DNA from: Candidatus Doudnabacteria bacterium RIFCSPHIGHO2_01_FULL_46_24
Lineage (GTDB): Bacteria; Patescibacteriota; Doudnabacteria; UBA920; O2-02-FULL-48-8
Length of the DNA stretch: 64,000 nt
Assembly: GCA_001777575.1 (NCBI GenBank)
Contig: MFEL01000008.1
Location: forward strand, 42,634-106,633
Reading direction: 5' to 3'
The notes beneath the pieces are model-generated. The model saw nothing but the letters and a program-made list of their open reading frames with translations, ran no database searches and was not told the origin of the DNA. This document shows positions 9,960 to 19,529 of the stretch, piece by piece. The number at the start of each line of letters is the position of its first letter. Positions within the stretch are counted from its first letter, which is position 1. The translations under genes and the position numbers were made by a program.

Positions 9960-9983
9960 AATTTACTGTTTCCTGATTACTGT

Positions 9984-10586
9984 TTACTGTTTGCTAATTT
10001 CCTTAAAAATATCGGTTAGTTTTTCCAAGGCGTGCTTGCGGTGGTCCAAAATTTTCTCTTCTTCCTCGTCGATTTCGCACCAGTATTTTTTGTAATTGGG
10101 CAGAAATGTAACGGAGCGGTACGGGTAGCGCGGAATGATTTTCTCGGATGGCTTGTCAGCGATAACCCCGGCAATCTCGCCGTGGGAAGTAAAAATCCCA
10201 AACGGGGTGGCAAGCGCGATCACTATGCTGAATTTACAAGTCCTTCTTTCAGCGGGAACACCTTGCATCCGCCTCATAACTTCCGCAATGATTTCCTGAT
10301 CCTTCATTTCATGCCCCAGCCAACGACGGCTTCGCACTCCCGGTTCGCCGCCTAAGGCATCGATTTCCATGCCGCCATCGTCAACCAAAGTCGGCAGGTG
10401 GGATTTTTCAAAATAATATTTAGCCTTATTGATCGCCTCTTCCTCAAACGTCTCGCTTTTTTCTTCCGGTTCCGGGATCTTCAAATCACCCGCCGAAACG
10501 ATTTCGAGCTTAAAATCTTTGAGGAATTTCTTGTAACTGTTCACCTTTGCCTGATTTCCGGTGCCAATAAGCAACTTTTTGGACAT
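9984..10586 (-). CDS. rdgB: Non-canonical purine NTP pyrophosphatase (Ham1/RdgB family)
   Basis: LLIGTGNQAKV...EIVS matches the ATGNxGK Ham1 signature. Confidence 0.65.
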   Translation of the reverse strand: MSKKLLIGTGNQAKVNSYKKFLKDFKLEIVSAGDLKIPEPEEKSETFEEEAINKAKYYFEKSHLPTLVDDGGMEIDALGGEPGVRSRRWLGHEMKDQEIIAEVMRRMQGVPAERRTCKFSIVIALATPFGIFTSHGEIAGVIADKPSEKIIPRYPYRSVTFLPNYKKYWCEIDEEEEKILDHRKHALEKLTDIFKEISKQ

Positions 10587-10618
10587 TTTAGAAATTAGAT
10601 ATTAGAAATTAGAAATTT

Positions 10619-11173
10619 TTACAATCCTATTTCCTCTGCCCTTTCCTTCATGGCATTCAAGCTTATTTCCACCAGTTCCGGCAATTCCATATCGATATAT
10701 TCTTTGCAAAGCAAAATGATTTCCCGGTTCACGCCGGCGGCAAAGCTCTTTTGCCTGAATTTTCGCATCACCGAATCAGTGGTCACGCTGGCTAATTTCT
10801 TATCCGGCTGGATGAGTGCGGCGGCGGTAATCAAACCTGATAATTCTTCCACGCAATACAAGGTTTTCTCAAGCAGGGTTTCGGGCTTGATGTTGTGCGC
10901 CCAGTTGTGGACGTAAATCGCTTTGACAATTTCCGGCTTCAAATCCGTCTTTTGCAGAATCTCTCTGCTGACCTTGGTGTGGCTTTTGAAATCATCCTTG
11001 GTTTTTTCCCAATCCAGGTCATGCAGCGTGCCGGCCAGTTCCCAATCGTCTTCGTTTTGTCCGAACTTTTTCGCCAAGGCTTTCATGATAAATCCAACCA
11101 CCAAGTTGTGCCTGATTAAATTCTGGTTTTTTATGTGCTCATCCAAAAGAGCCAAGGCCTGGTCTCTAGTCAT
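10619..11173 (-). CDS. HD-domain phosphohydrolase
   Basis: H...HDLDW metal-binding motifs. 184 aa. Confidence 0.6.
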   Translation of the reverse strand: MTRDQALALLDEHIKNQNLIRHNLVVGFIMKALAKKFGQNEDDWELAGTLHDLDWEKTKDDFKSHTKVSREILQKTDLKPEIVKAIYVHNWAHNIKPETLLEKTLYCVEELSGLITAAALIQPDKKLASVTTDSVMRKFRQKSFAAGVNREIILLCKEYIDMELPELVEISLNAMKERAEEIGL

Positions 11174-12620
11174 CCTGCCTCATGGGTGGGAAAATTACGG
11201 TTTCGCGCATTGACTTGTTCATCAGCACCGCAAACACGCGCTCGCTCATGCCAAAGCCCACGGCCGGCGGCATGCCGTATTCCAGCGCTTCCACGTAATC
11301 CTCGTCCATCATTTGCGCTTCTTTGTCCCCCGCTTCGCGCAATTTCATCTGTTCCTCAAACCTCATTTTCTGGTACTGCGGGTCATTGACTTCTGACCAG
11401 GCATTGCCCAGCTCCGTGCCCGCGGCCAAAATCTGAAACCGCAGGACTTTTTTGGGATTTTTGGGATCGACTTTTGCCAGCGGTGAAATTTCCGCCGGGT
11501 GTCCGACCAGGAAACATGGCTGAATCAATTTCGGCCGAACGAGCTTTTTGTAAATTACGTCAATCAACCGGCCAACCGAACCTTCCACATCAGCACCCAA
11601 TTCTTTTGCCTTCTTACGAAGATCACCTTCGTTAGCCTTATTCAAATCCAGGCCTGTGGCATCCTTAAACGCCTTAAAGTAATCAACCTTGGGCCATTTG
11701 CTACCCCAATCAATCTTATGTCCTTCGTATTCGATTTCCATGCTGCCACAAACCTTTTTGACAATTTCTTTGAACAGTTTTTCCGAAAGCTTCATACCAT
11801 CTTTGTCATCGGCATAAGCCCAGTAAAATTCCATATCGTCGTATTCCTGCAAATGCTCGCGGTCAATGCCTTCGTTGCGGAACAGTCGGCCGATTTCAAA
11901 CACTTTTTCAAAACCGCCGACCAAAAGTCGCTTGAGTGGCAATTCTAAAGAAATCCGCAAATAAAAATCGCGGTCCAAAGCTTCGTGATGAGTAATAAAG
12001 GGCGTGGCATCAGCGCCGCCAGGAACATCTTCCAAAACCGGCGTCCAAACCTCCAGGAAGCCTTGCTTAATCATGAAATTGCGGATTACTTGCCAAAAGA
12101 CGGCCTTTTTGCGAAACAACTCTTTCGTTTCCGGGTTGGCGATAAGATCAAGATATCTTTTTCTGAGCCTAACTTCTGCGTCCTTAAGCCCAAAGTAATT
12201 CTGCGGAATAGGACGCAAGCTTTTAGCTAATAGCTGATAGCTATCAGCTTCCAAGGTTTTTTCCCCGGTTTTCGAAAGGGCCAAGGTTCCAGTAAACTCG
12301 GCAAAATCGCCGATGTCAAAAAGCTCTGAGAATTGCCGAAATTTCTCACCCAGTACGTCCTCGCGCAGCAAAAACTGGATTGAGCCCGATTCATCCTCAA
12401 GATTGCCGAAAGTCAGCTTGCCATGTGTGCGAATTGAGCGAATCCTGCCAGCCAGTGTTACGTGTTTCGTGTTACGTGTTACGTGATCAAAAAGCTGCAA
12501 AGCCTCACCCACAGTATGGTCCCGCTTCGACTCAACCGGATAAGGATTAATCCCGGCCTTTTTCAAAGCCTCAAGTTTTTGTATCCTAACTTTCCTTAAT
12601 TCTTCGATTTTTTCAGACAT
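11166..12620 (-). CDS. lysS: Lysyl-tRNA synthetase (class II)
   Basis: Aligns along the full length with bacterial LysS (anticodon-binding OB N-domain plus class II core; FRNEGI motif). Confidence 0.9.
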   Translation of the reverse strand: MSEKIEELRKVRIQKLEALKKAGINPYPVESKRDHTVGEALQLFDHVTRNTKHVTLAGRIRSIRTHGKLTFGNLEDESGSIQFLLREDVLGEKFRQFSELFDIGDFAEFTGTLALSKTGEKTLEADSYQLLAKSLRPIPQNYFGLKDAEVRLRKRYLDLIANPETKELFRKKAVFWQVIRNFMIKQGFLEVWTPVLEDVPGGADATPFITHHEALDRDFYLRISLELPLKRLLVGGFEKVFEIGRLFRNEGIDREHLQEYDDMEFYWAYADDKDGMKLSEKLFKEIVKKVCGSMEIEYEGHKIDWGSKWPKVDYFKAFKDATGLDLNKANEGDLRKKAKELGADVEGSVGRLIDVIYKKLVRPKLIQPCFLVGHPAEISPLAKVDPKNPKKVLRFQILAAGTELGNAWSEVNDPQYQKMRFEEQMKLREAGDKEAQMMDEDYVEALEYGMPPAVGFGMSERVFAVLMNKSMRETVIFPPMRQDD

Positions 12621-12721
12621 GTTACGTGTGACGTGATTCGTGTTACGTGGCCTTAATTATACCATAAATCAGTTAAACACCTCAACCGGGTTGAGGTGTT
12701 TAACGGGCTTATGTTAGTCAA

Positions 12722-13036
12722 CTATTTGAGGGTATATTTCACACTGCGTCCGGTGCGGCCGATCTGCACCAGGCGGCCCTGATGCTCCAAATCGTCCAGA
12801 TAGCGCTCGGCGGTGGCGTGCGATACGCCAAGCAAGTCAGCGGCCTCATCATTGGTTATGTCATCGTGATACGAAAGGTGGTGCAAAATTTTGTCCAGAT
12901 TCTCCTGCCGCTCCCGCATCTGCTCGGGGTTTAGGTACTTAAACGCCGCCCTCTTGCCCAATTTCCGCCCAATAAAATAGCTGGCTATGACAGCCAGAGC
13001 AATAATCGTGGCTATCCACATAACAACAACATACAC
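12722..13036 (-). CDS. Hypothetical membrane-anchored protein with a C-terminal winged-helix/HTH-like segment
   Basis: N-terminal TM helix followed by LLGVSHATAERYLDDLEHQGRL (HTH-like). Followed by a hairpin at 12690-12716. Confidence 0.4.
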   Translation of the reverse strand: MYVVVMWIATIIALAVIASYFIGRKLGKRAAFKYLNPEQMRERQENLDKILHHLSYHDDITNDEAADLLGVSHATAERYLDDLEHQGRLVQIGRTGRSVKYTLK

Positions 13037-13042
13037 CCTTAC

Positions 13043-13507
13043 CTATTCTATTGCAATGATTTCGTACTCGGTTTTTCCTGCTGGAGTTTCCACATAAACC
13101 TTGGATCCGTGCTTGGCGCCAAGCAAAGCCTTGCCCACCAGCGATTCGTTTGAAATCCTGCCCTGGGCCGGGTTGGCTTCGTTGGACCCGACAATGGTGT
13201 AGATAGCAGCCTCGGTCATGCCTGTTTTGACTGTGACTGTGGAGCCAACGCTGACGACATTGTGATCGCCGTTGTGCTTGATGATCTCGGCGTTCTTGAC
13301 CATTTCTTCCAGTTCCAAAATCCGGCCTTCGATAAATGCCTGCTCTTCCTTGGCCTGGGCGTAATCGGCATTTTCCGCAAGATCGCCATGACTAATGGCC
13401 TCCTGGATCCGCTCGATGACTTCTTTTCTCCGCTCGTTTTTGAGAACCCGCAGTTCATCCTGCAGTTTCTTAAGCCCGTCTTGAGTCAATAATACTTTCT
13501 TTCCCAT
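13043..13507 (-). CDS. greA: Transcription elongation factor GreA
   Basis: N-terminal coiled coil (LTQDGLKKLQDEL...) plus a C-terminal FKBP-like domain. Confidence 0.85.
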   Translation of the reverse strand: MGKKVLLTQDGLKKLQDELRVLKNERRKEVIERIQEAISHGDLAENADYAQAKEEQAFIEGRILELEEMVKNAEIIKHNGDHNVVSVGSTVTVKTGMTEAAIYTIVGSNEANPAQGRISNESLVGKALLGAKHGSKVYVETPAGKTEYEIIAIE

Positions 13508-13623
13508 TTTACAACCTATTAAAAGGCCTCTTTGGGCCTTAATTTATGAAGGAAGTCTAAATTATATTGCAAACGCTGTCAACCCCGTTGCTATCGAACA
13601 GACAACCCGCGAACGACGCCCGT

Positions 13624-15555
13624 TTACTTATTCATTCTATTGTCATACCACCACTCGTAGACCATCCGCGCCACCGGCACCGCCACCGAACTGCCTTCTC
13701 CCCCAGACTCGACCAGGATGGTCAAGGCAATCTGGGGATCTGCAAATGGCGCATAAGAAGTAAACCAGGCATGGGTCCGGCTTGGGTTTCTGGCGTCAAA
13801 CTGGGCCGTGCCGGTTTTACCCGCAATCTCAACCGGCAAGGAAGCCAAAGATCGCGCGCTGCCGGCAAGCACGGTCCGCCGCATGCCGTCGGCAGCGACT
13901 TTGACCCATTGCGGATCCAGAAAATTCTCCCGTAAAACCTCGGGCGCTTTTCGTTCAATCAGCTCGCCGGAAGGGGTTTGGATTTCACTCACAACTTGCG
14001 GCTGCATAATTTTGCCGCCATTGGCAATGGTGGCGGTCCAGTTGTTGACCTGCAAAGGAGTGACCAACAAATCACCCTGCCCGATTGCGACGTGATAAGT
14101 GTCGCCCAGATACCATTGTTCCTTTTTCACTTCTTGCTTCCAACCAGGCGAAGGAACCAAACCGGATTTTTCTCCTGGCAAGTCAATGCCCAATCTTTCA
14201 CCCAAATTGAATTTGCGATACCATTGTGCCAATTTCTCCGGCCCCAAGCCCTGTACCGGGCTTTTGGGGCTGCCTCCGCCGATAGTGTAAAAATAAATAT
14301 CAGAAGAACGCGCGATGGCGGAATAGATGTCCATCAGGCCCAAACCTTTCGGGTCATAGCCGTAAAAAGTGAAATTGCCGATGCGGATAACCCCGTCATC
14401 CAAAATCCTGGTCTGGGGCGTGATGACCCCTTCGCTGAGAGCCGCGATCGCGAGCATCGGCTTGACTGTGGATCCTGGCGGATAAGTGCCGGAAAGAACG
14501 CGGTTCAAGAGCGGAATGTTCGGATCATTCAGTAAGGCTTGATACTCCCTTAAAGTAATCCCGCGCGCGAACATATTGTTGTCAAATCCCGGCAGGGAAA
14601 CGAAAGCCAACACTGAGCCGGTTTCGGGGTCTTGGGCGATGGCCGCAGCTCTCTTACTGCCACCGCGCCGCATAATCTCCAAAAGCGAATCATAGATTTT
14701 TTTCTGCAGATCGTAGTCAATGTTGAGTTTGAGATTGTTGCCGACAGTTGCCGGCACTTCCGGCAGGTTTTTTTTGAATTTACCGGCAGCGTCAATCTCA
14801 ACCTGTTTTCTGCCGGCAATGCCTCGTAAATACTCTTCGTATTCGATCTCCAAGCCGGTTTTGCCGATATAATCATTGAGCAAATAATTCTGACCCTGGT
14901 ACTGTTTAAGCTCCTCTGCCGTGATTTTACCGGAATAGCCGACCAAATGGGAAAATACCGCGGAATCCTTATAGTCGCGGATAGAAGCATTTTCAACCCC
15001 AAACCCCTTGAGCGAATCCTGCTTGGCAATCAGGATCAGCGCTTGCTCTTTGGTGATATTTTGCGCCAGAGTTTGATTGCCAAACGCATCAGGAACAGCC
15101 TGGCTGATGCGATCCAAAATTTCAGCTTTGTCCTGGCCCAAGATCAATGCGATTTCTTCGATTTCCCTCAATCGCTGCGCATCATCCCGGGGCAGAAGGT
15201 TTATATTAACAGCCAATTCAAAGCTCGGCATGTTGGCCGCGATAACTTTTTCATATTTATCCAAAACCAGACCCCGCGGCGGGAGCACATACTCCACGCG
15301 GAGCTTGTTTCCTTCTGCTAAATCCCGATAAGCTTCGCCATGAACGATCTGAAGCTGGTAAATCCTGCCGGCCAGGACAAAAAATGAAATGAGAACCAGC
15401 CAAACCAGAGGTCGCAAATCAAATCGGTCTTTTTCATCATCCATGATTTGCGGGTCGTCATTTTGCACATCCAAAAAAGCTTCGTCAAAGCTCAGATTTT
15501 TCTGCTCTCTAAGCTTCTTGCCGCCAAAAAAATTGAGATTAAACGGGTCGGGCAT
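13624..15555 (-). CDS. mrdA: Penicillin-binding protein 2 (elongasome transpeptidase)
   Basis: PBP dimerisation domain plus transpeptidase domain. Sits downstream of mreBCD. The start is uncertain (ATG at 15555 or 15444); the ORF track extends further 5'. Confidence 0.8.
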   Translation of the reverse strand: MPDPFNLNFFGGKKLREQKNLSFDEAFLDVQNDDPQIMDDEKDRFDLRPLVWLVLISFFVLAGRIYQLQIVHGEAYRDLAEGNKLRVEYVLPPRGLVLDKYEKVIAANMPSFELAVNINLLPRDDAQRLREIEEIALILGQDKAEILDRISQAVPDAFGNQTLAQNITKEQALILIAKQDSLKGFGVENASIRDYKDSAVFSHLVGYSGKITAEELKQYQGQNYLLNDYIGKTGLEIEYEEYLRGIAGRKQVEIDAAGKFKKNLPEVPATVGNNLKLNIDYDLQKKIYDSLLEIMRRGGSKRAAAIAQDPETGSVLAFVSLPGFDNNMFARGITLREYQALLNDPNIPLLNRVLSGTYPPGSTVKPMLAIAALSEGVITPQTRILDDGVIRIGNFTFYGYDPKGLGLMDIYSAIARSSDIYFYTIGGGSPKSPVQGLGPEKLAQWYRKFNLGERLGIDLPGEKSGLVPSPGWKQEVKKEQWYLGDTYHVAIGQGDLLVTPLQVNNWTATIANGGKIMQPQVVSEIQTPSGELIERKAPEVLRENFLDPQWVKVAADGMRRTVLAGSARSLASLPVEIAGKTGTAQFDARNPSRTHAWFTSYAPFADPQIALTILVESGGEGSSVAVPVARMVYEWWYDNRMNK

Positions 15556-16039
15556 GACGCGACAATTTAAGAGTCCGGTTATGATACCAAACCACGGGAT
15601 AATAAAAGATGGCAGATAAGACCAAATCAAGCCAAAGCTTGTCAAATATCAATCTCTTCCAGTTAACATAGGCGCTTAGGTTCAGAAGGTTGAACAGTCC
15701 TATCATGGAAATTGAAATGAGATAAAAGGTCAGCACTGATGCCAAAACAAGTAAAAACTCGATGTATCTCTGGTCCCGTTTTGAAAAAAATCGATTCAAT
15801 GCCGACTTAAGCGAAAATATGGTAACTGGCGCGGCAACTAAAAAAATTCCGTCAGGTAAGCCTGAGGCAAGATCCATCATCAACCCCAATACCAACGATA
15901 TGGTGAGGGGGTTTTTTTTTGAATAAAAAATCGCGGACAAACCGAAAAGTAACACCGTGTTGCCAGTCAAACCAAACGCCTGAGACAAGCCGCCTTGAAT
16001 CATCAACAAAACCAATGCCGCAAGGATGAAAATAATCAT
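15539..16039 (-). CDS. mreD: Rod shape-determining protein MreD-like (polytopic membrane)
   Basis: 166 aa with 4-5 TM helices. Position is between mreC and PBP2. Confidence 0.55.
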   Translation of the reverse strand: MIIFILAALVLLMIQGGLSQAFGLTGNTVLLFGLSAIFYSKKNPLTISLVLGLMMDLASGLPDGIFLVAAPVTIFSLKSALNRFFSKRDQRYIEFLLVLASVLTFYLISISMIGLFNLLNLSAYVNWKRLIFDKLWLDLVLSAIFYYPVVWYHNRTLKLSRHARPV

Positions 16040-16920
16040 TGAGCCACGATAAATAAGAATTTCAAATTTCGAAGATCAGCGGCTGGCTGGACAAACGCTT
16101 TCTGGAACAATTCCGAAGGAGATGAGCTTAGGGAGCTAATTTCTCCGATTAAAATCCCTTTCGGGAAATCACCGGCTAAGCCAGAAGTTAAAATTTTGTC
16201 CCCTGGTTTAATAACCTCGTTATGCGTAATCAAGTCGAATCTCAGGCTTAAACCATGCTCGCCAGTCACCAACCCTGAAGCGCCCGAATCAACGACAATA
16301 CCGTTGATTTTGATAGACGGGTCGGTGATCAACGTCACTTCCACGGCGTTGTCGTAAATATTTGTGATCTTGCCCACCAATAGCCCCGGTTGCGACACCA
16401 CGGCTGCATTGAGTTTGAGTTCGGCATCGGTTGCGACGTCAAGCATCAAGGTTTGAGTGAAACCCGTGGGGTCCAGGAATTTGACCACTGCCGGGATGAG
16501 GCCAAGCTCCGTTTCTTCGGCAAAGTTCAAGGCTCGCCGCAGTGTTTGGTTTTCCTGCTTCGCAGCCTTGAGCCTCGCGTTTTCGAAAGCCAACTCATCC
16601 ACTTTTTGTTTCAAGAGGTCGTTTTCGTGCGACAAGCCCTTGATCAACAAAAATGTGGCAAAAAAATTTTTAGTTTTGGCTGCGGAATTGGAAATAAAGC
16701 TAGTGCCCGCGCCGTACACTTCAAAAAAAATGCCCTTGGCTTTCGATAAATATCCCTTGGCGTCCGAGACAATAATAAAAGCCACTAAAACCAAAACGAC
16801 AAACAGACGGCGAAATGTTTTGGTGTAGATAAAGCGCATAAATAGCACGCTAGCGGGGAATTTGCTCAAACTCGGTGATGACCAAGACGTCCTTGAGCGC
16901 GTCCAGGTCTTCCAGTACAA
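16036..16920 (-). CDS. mreC: Rod shape-determining protein MreC
   Basis: TM helix, coiled-coil (LKQKVDELAFENARLKA), then the beta-rich MreC domain. Confidence 0.7.
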   Translation of the reverse strand: MYWKTWTRSRTSWSSPSLSKFPASVLFMRFIYTKTFRRLFVVLVLVAFIIVSDAKGYLSKAKGIFFEVYGAGTSFISNSAAKTKNFFATFLLIKGLSHENDLLKQKVDELAFENARLKAAKQENQTLRRALNFAEETELGLIPAVVKFLDPTGFTQTLMLDVATDAELKLNAAVVSQPGLLVGKITNIYDNAVEVTLITDPSIKINGIVVDSGASGLVTGEHGLSLRFDLITHNEVIKPGDKILTSGLAGDFPKGILIGEISSLSSSPSELFQKAFVQPAADLRNLKFLFIVAQ

Positions 16921-17908
16921 TTCCCGTCCCGCGCACCACTGTGGTTAAGGGATCGTCCGCTACGGTCACCGGCATCAGCGTTTCTTCCGCAATCAATCGG
17001 TCAAGCCCCCGAAGCAGAGCCCCGCCGCCAGCCAAAGTTATGCCCTTCTCCATGATGTCAGCCACCAATTCCGGCGGGGTTTCCTCAACGGCAATTTTAA
17101 TGTTGTTGACTATGACCCGCACCGACCGCTGCAAAGCTTGTCGAATTTGGTCGTCCATAACCGTCACTTCTTTTGGCAATCCCGTGACCAGATCACGGCC
17201 GCGGATTTGGGCCTTCATCTTTTCTTTCAACGGATACGCTGAACCGATCTTGATCTTCACATCCTCGGCAGTGCGCTCGCCCAGAAGCAGGTTAAATTCT
17301 TCGCGCGCGAACTGGATGATATTTTCGTTCATCTCATCCCCCGCCACCCTGATGCTTTTGGAAATGACAATGCCGCCAAGGGAAATCACGGCAATCTCCG
17401 CAGTCCCGCCGCCGATATCAACAATCAGGGACCCAGTGGCGTCCTGGACCGGCAACCTCGCCCCAATCGCCGCAGCCATGGGTTCTTCGATCAAAAGCGC
17501 CATTCTGGCTCCGGCATTGAGAGTCGCGTCCTGCACCGCTCTTTTTTCAACTTCGGTCACACCGGACGGTATGCCCACAACCACCCGGGGCCGGTTCAAA
17601 AAACCCAAAGCTGTGGGACTAACCTTTTCGATGAAGTACCTTAGCATCTGTTCTGTGATTTCAAAATCCGAGATTACCCCGTCCGTCAACGGCCTGTTGG
17701 CCACGATGTGGGCCGGGGTGCGACCGACCATGCGCTTAGCCTCTTCGCCAATGGCCAATATCTGCTTGGTTTTCTGGTTGACGGCCACAACTGACGGTTC
17801 ATTAATAACAATACCCTTGCCTTTGACATACACAAGGGTATTGGCAGTGCCAAGATCAATTCCAATGTCTTTAGAAAATTTATTGTAGATTGCGTCTAAA
17901 ATCGGCAT
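16850..17908 (-). CDS. mreB: Rod shape-determining protein MreB (actin homolog)
   Basis: [14 protein letters not shown] phosphate-1 motif. Full-length actin fold. Confidence 0.9.
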   Translation of the reverse strand: MPILDAIYNKFSKDIGIDLGTANTLVYVKGKGIVINEPSVVAVNQKTKQILAIGEEAKRMVGRTPAHIVANRPLTDGVISDFEITEQMLRYFIEKVSPTALGFLNRPRVVVGIPSGVTEVEKRAVQDATLNAGARMALLIEEPMAAAIGARLPVQDATGSLIVDIGGGTAEIAVISLGGIVISKSIRVAGDEMNENIIQFAREEFNLLLGERTAEDVKIKIGSAYPLKEKMKAQIRGRDLVTGLPKEVTVMDDQIRQALQRSVRVIVNNIKIAVEETPPELVADIMEKGITLAGGGALLRGLDRLIAEETLMPVTVADDPLTTVVRGTGIVLEDLDALKDVLVITEFEQIPR

Positions 17909-19142
17909 GTCTGGTTAATCTCTCGGGCAACTCCTTAATCTCAATTATTTCGATTTTATCGCTGTTTCGCTTTTTCAATTCCACGCTTTCTTTTTCTAGC
18001 GTTTTATCCGAAACGACCACACGATGAACAATCCCAATCAGATCCGCATCAGCAAATTTCACTCCTGGCGTTGTGTCCCGCTGATCAAATAGTACCGAAA
18101 CACCGGCACCCTGTAAAGCATTGTAAATGTTTTCGGCTTTTTTCGAATCTTTGGTAATGCTAACCAAATGCACATCAAATGGGCTGACCGCTTGAGGCCA
18201 AATGATACCCCGCTCATCGTGGAATTTTTCCACAATCACGCCCATGAGGCGCGAAACCCCCAGGCCATAGCAGCCCATGACCGGATATTGCTTTTCGTCG
18301 CCGCGGCCTTTGAATCCGAGTTCAAAATCTTTGCCGTACTTTTGGGCCAAATCAAAGACATTGCCCACCTCCGAAGCCGTGGCTGCATTCAGTTTACCGT
18401 TCCTGCACTTAGGACAATTATCGTTTGCTTTCTGTTTGGCTATATCCACATTAACGCAAAACTCGCAAGCATCGCAATACAGGATGTTGTCCTCGCCGGC
18501 GTCGGTTAAAACCATGAATTCATAAGAAATCTTCTCGCTAAAACCGCCGCCCGAGGCTTCGGTCGCTTTGGCCACTAAGCCGATGCGTTTAAAAATTTTG
18601 AGATAAGCCTGCTTGACCACGTCATAAAAATTGTCAAAATCTGCCTGGTTCTCGTGAAAGCTGTACATGTCCTTCATGTAAAACTCGCGCCCGCGCAGCA
18701 AACCTGATTTGCTCCGCAGTTCATCGCGGTACTTCCAACCTATCTGGTAGACGGCCTTGGGCAAATCTTTGTGCGTTTCGATGTATTGCATCACCAAAGG
18801 GGTAACCACCTCTTCTTCGCTTTGGCCCAAGGCATAATCCTTACCCGTGCGGCTCTTGAGCTTAAACAGCACATCCACTTTCTCCCAAGCTCCGGTTTTC
18901 TTCCAGATTTCCGCCGGATGCAACGCCGGCATGAGGATCTCCTGCCCGCCAATTCTATCCATTTCTTCCCGGACGATTTGCTCGATGTTTTTCAAAACCC
19001 GCAAGCCAAGCGGCAGATACGAATACACGCCGGCCATGAGTTTTTTGACAAACCCCGCCCGCGTCAAAAGCTGGGCATTTACTGTTTCTTCGCCCGAAGG
19101 CGCCTGTCTAAGGGTTTTTGTAAATAATTGAGATTGGAGCAT
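17880..19142 (-). CDS. proS: Prolyl-tRNA synthetase (short form without an editing insertion)
   Basis: Class II motifs. 420 aa. A Cys cluster CDACEFC...CPKCRNG. Confidence 0.8.
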   Translation of the reverse strand: MLQSQLFTKTLRQAPSGEETVNAQLLTRAGFVKKLMAGVYSYLPLGLRVLKNIEQIVREEMDRIGGQEILMPALHPAEIWKKTGAWEKVDVLFKLKSRTGKDYALGQSEEEVVTPLVMQYIETHKDLPKAVYQIGWKYRDELRSKSGLLRGREFYMKDMYSFHENQADFDNFYDVVKQAYLKIFKRIGLVAKATEASGGGFSEKISYEFMVLTDAGEDNILYCDACEFCVNVDIAKQKANDNCPKCRNGKLNAATASEVGNVFDLAQKYGKDFELGFKGRGDEKQYPVMGCYGLGVSRLMGVIVEKFHDERGIIWPQAVSPFDVHLVSITKDSKKAENIYNALQGAGVSVLFDQRDTTPGVKFADADLIGIVHRVVVSDKTLEKESVELKKRNSDKIEIIEIKELPERLTRHADFRRNLQ

Positions 19143-19149
19143 AGTTTTT

Positions 19150-19197
19150 GGAGGGGTATCCTCCTGGCTAAACGCTTATCTGGGAGGATGCCCCTCC
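19150..19197. promoter_or_regulatory. Long GC-rich hairpin immediately 5' of proS (15-bp arms GGAGGGGTATCCTCC / GGAGGATGCCCCTCC, 18-nt loop)
   Basis: The arms are reverse complements with one mismatch. Located 8 nt upstream of the proS start codon. Confidence 0.5.
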
Positions 19198-19334
19198 CTG
19201 AAAGTGCCAAGCGCATAAATTCAAATGATGTCTAAATTATACCCTCTCTTGACAATTTGGGCAAAAAATCCTATTTTTAACTGCTCAGTGCTGTGCGTAC
19301 CGATTCATCATCGACTCAAGGCTCAGGAGGAACC

Positions 19335-19529
19335 ATGAAGGAACTCATCAAGGGGTTCTCTTTCGCCATCACGATCGCTCTGATCGCAGCGTCTCTGACC
19401 GCTTCTGGCCACCGCGATTGGGCCTTCGCCGTGTTGTATGGAGCCTTGGTGTGGGTTGGCGTAAGCGTGGGTGTCCATCACCGCCGCCGCTCCCGCCACA
19501 GGCGACAATACCGCCGCGACGTTCACTAA
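19335..19529 (+). CDS. Small GC-rich ORF: two-TM membrane peptide with an Arg-rich C-terminal tail. The frame continues after an in-frame TAA to 19667.
   Basis: AGGAGG 4 nt upstream of the ATG at 19335. GC3-rich codon usage, unlike the host genome. The same frame stays open for 45 more codons after the TAA at 19527. Confidence 0.35.
   Translation: MKELIKGFSFAITIALIAASLTASGHRDWAFAVLYGALVWVGVSVGVHHRRRSRHRRQYRRDVH

Noticed and set aside
9960-12650. Tandem short repeats considered as a possible CRISPR array or microsatellite
   Set aside because: The units are only 6-8 nt with no spacers, and no cas genes are present. They are treated as word-repeat spacers instead.
16875-17888. 337-aa plus-strand ORF antisense to mreB, plus many other 60-180-aa ORFs antisense to or overlapping confirmed genes (e.g. 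402-905, 3975-4514, 13978-14535, 47511-48440)
   Set aside because: Ser/Arg/Pro-rich low-complexity translations fully embedded in well-supported genes on the opposite strand or frame. Typical shadow ORFs.
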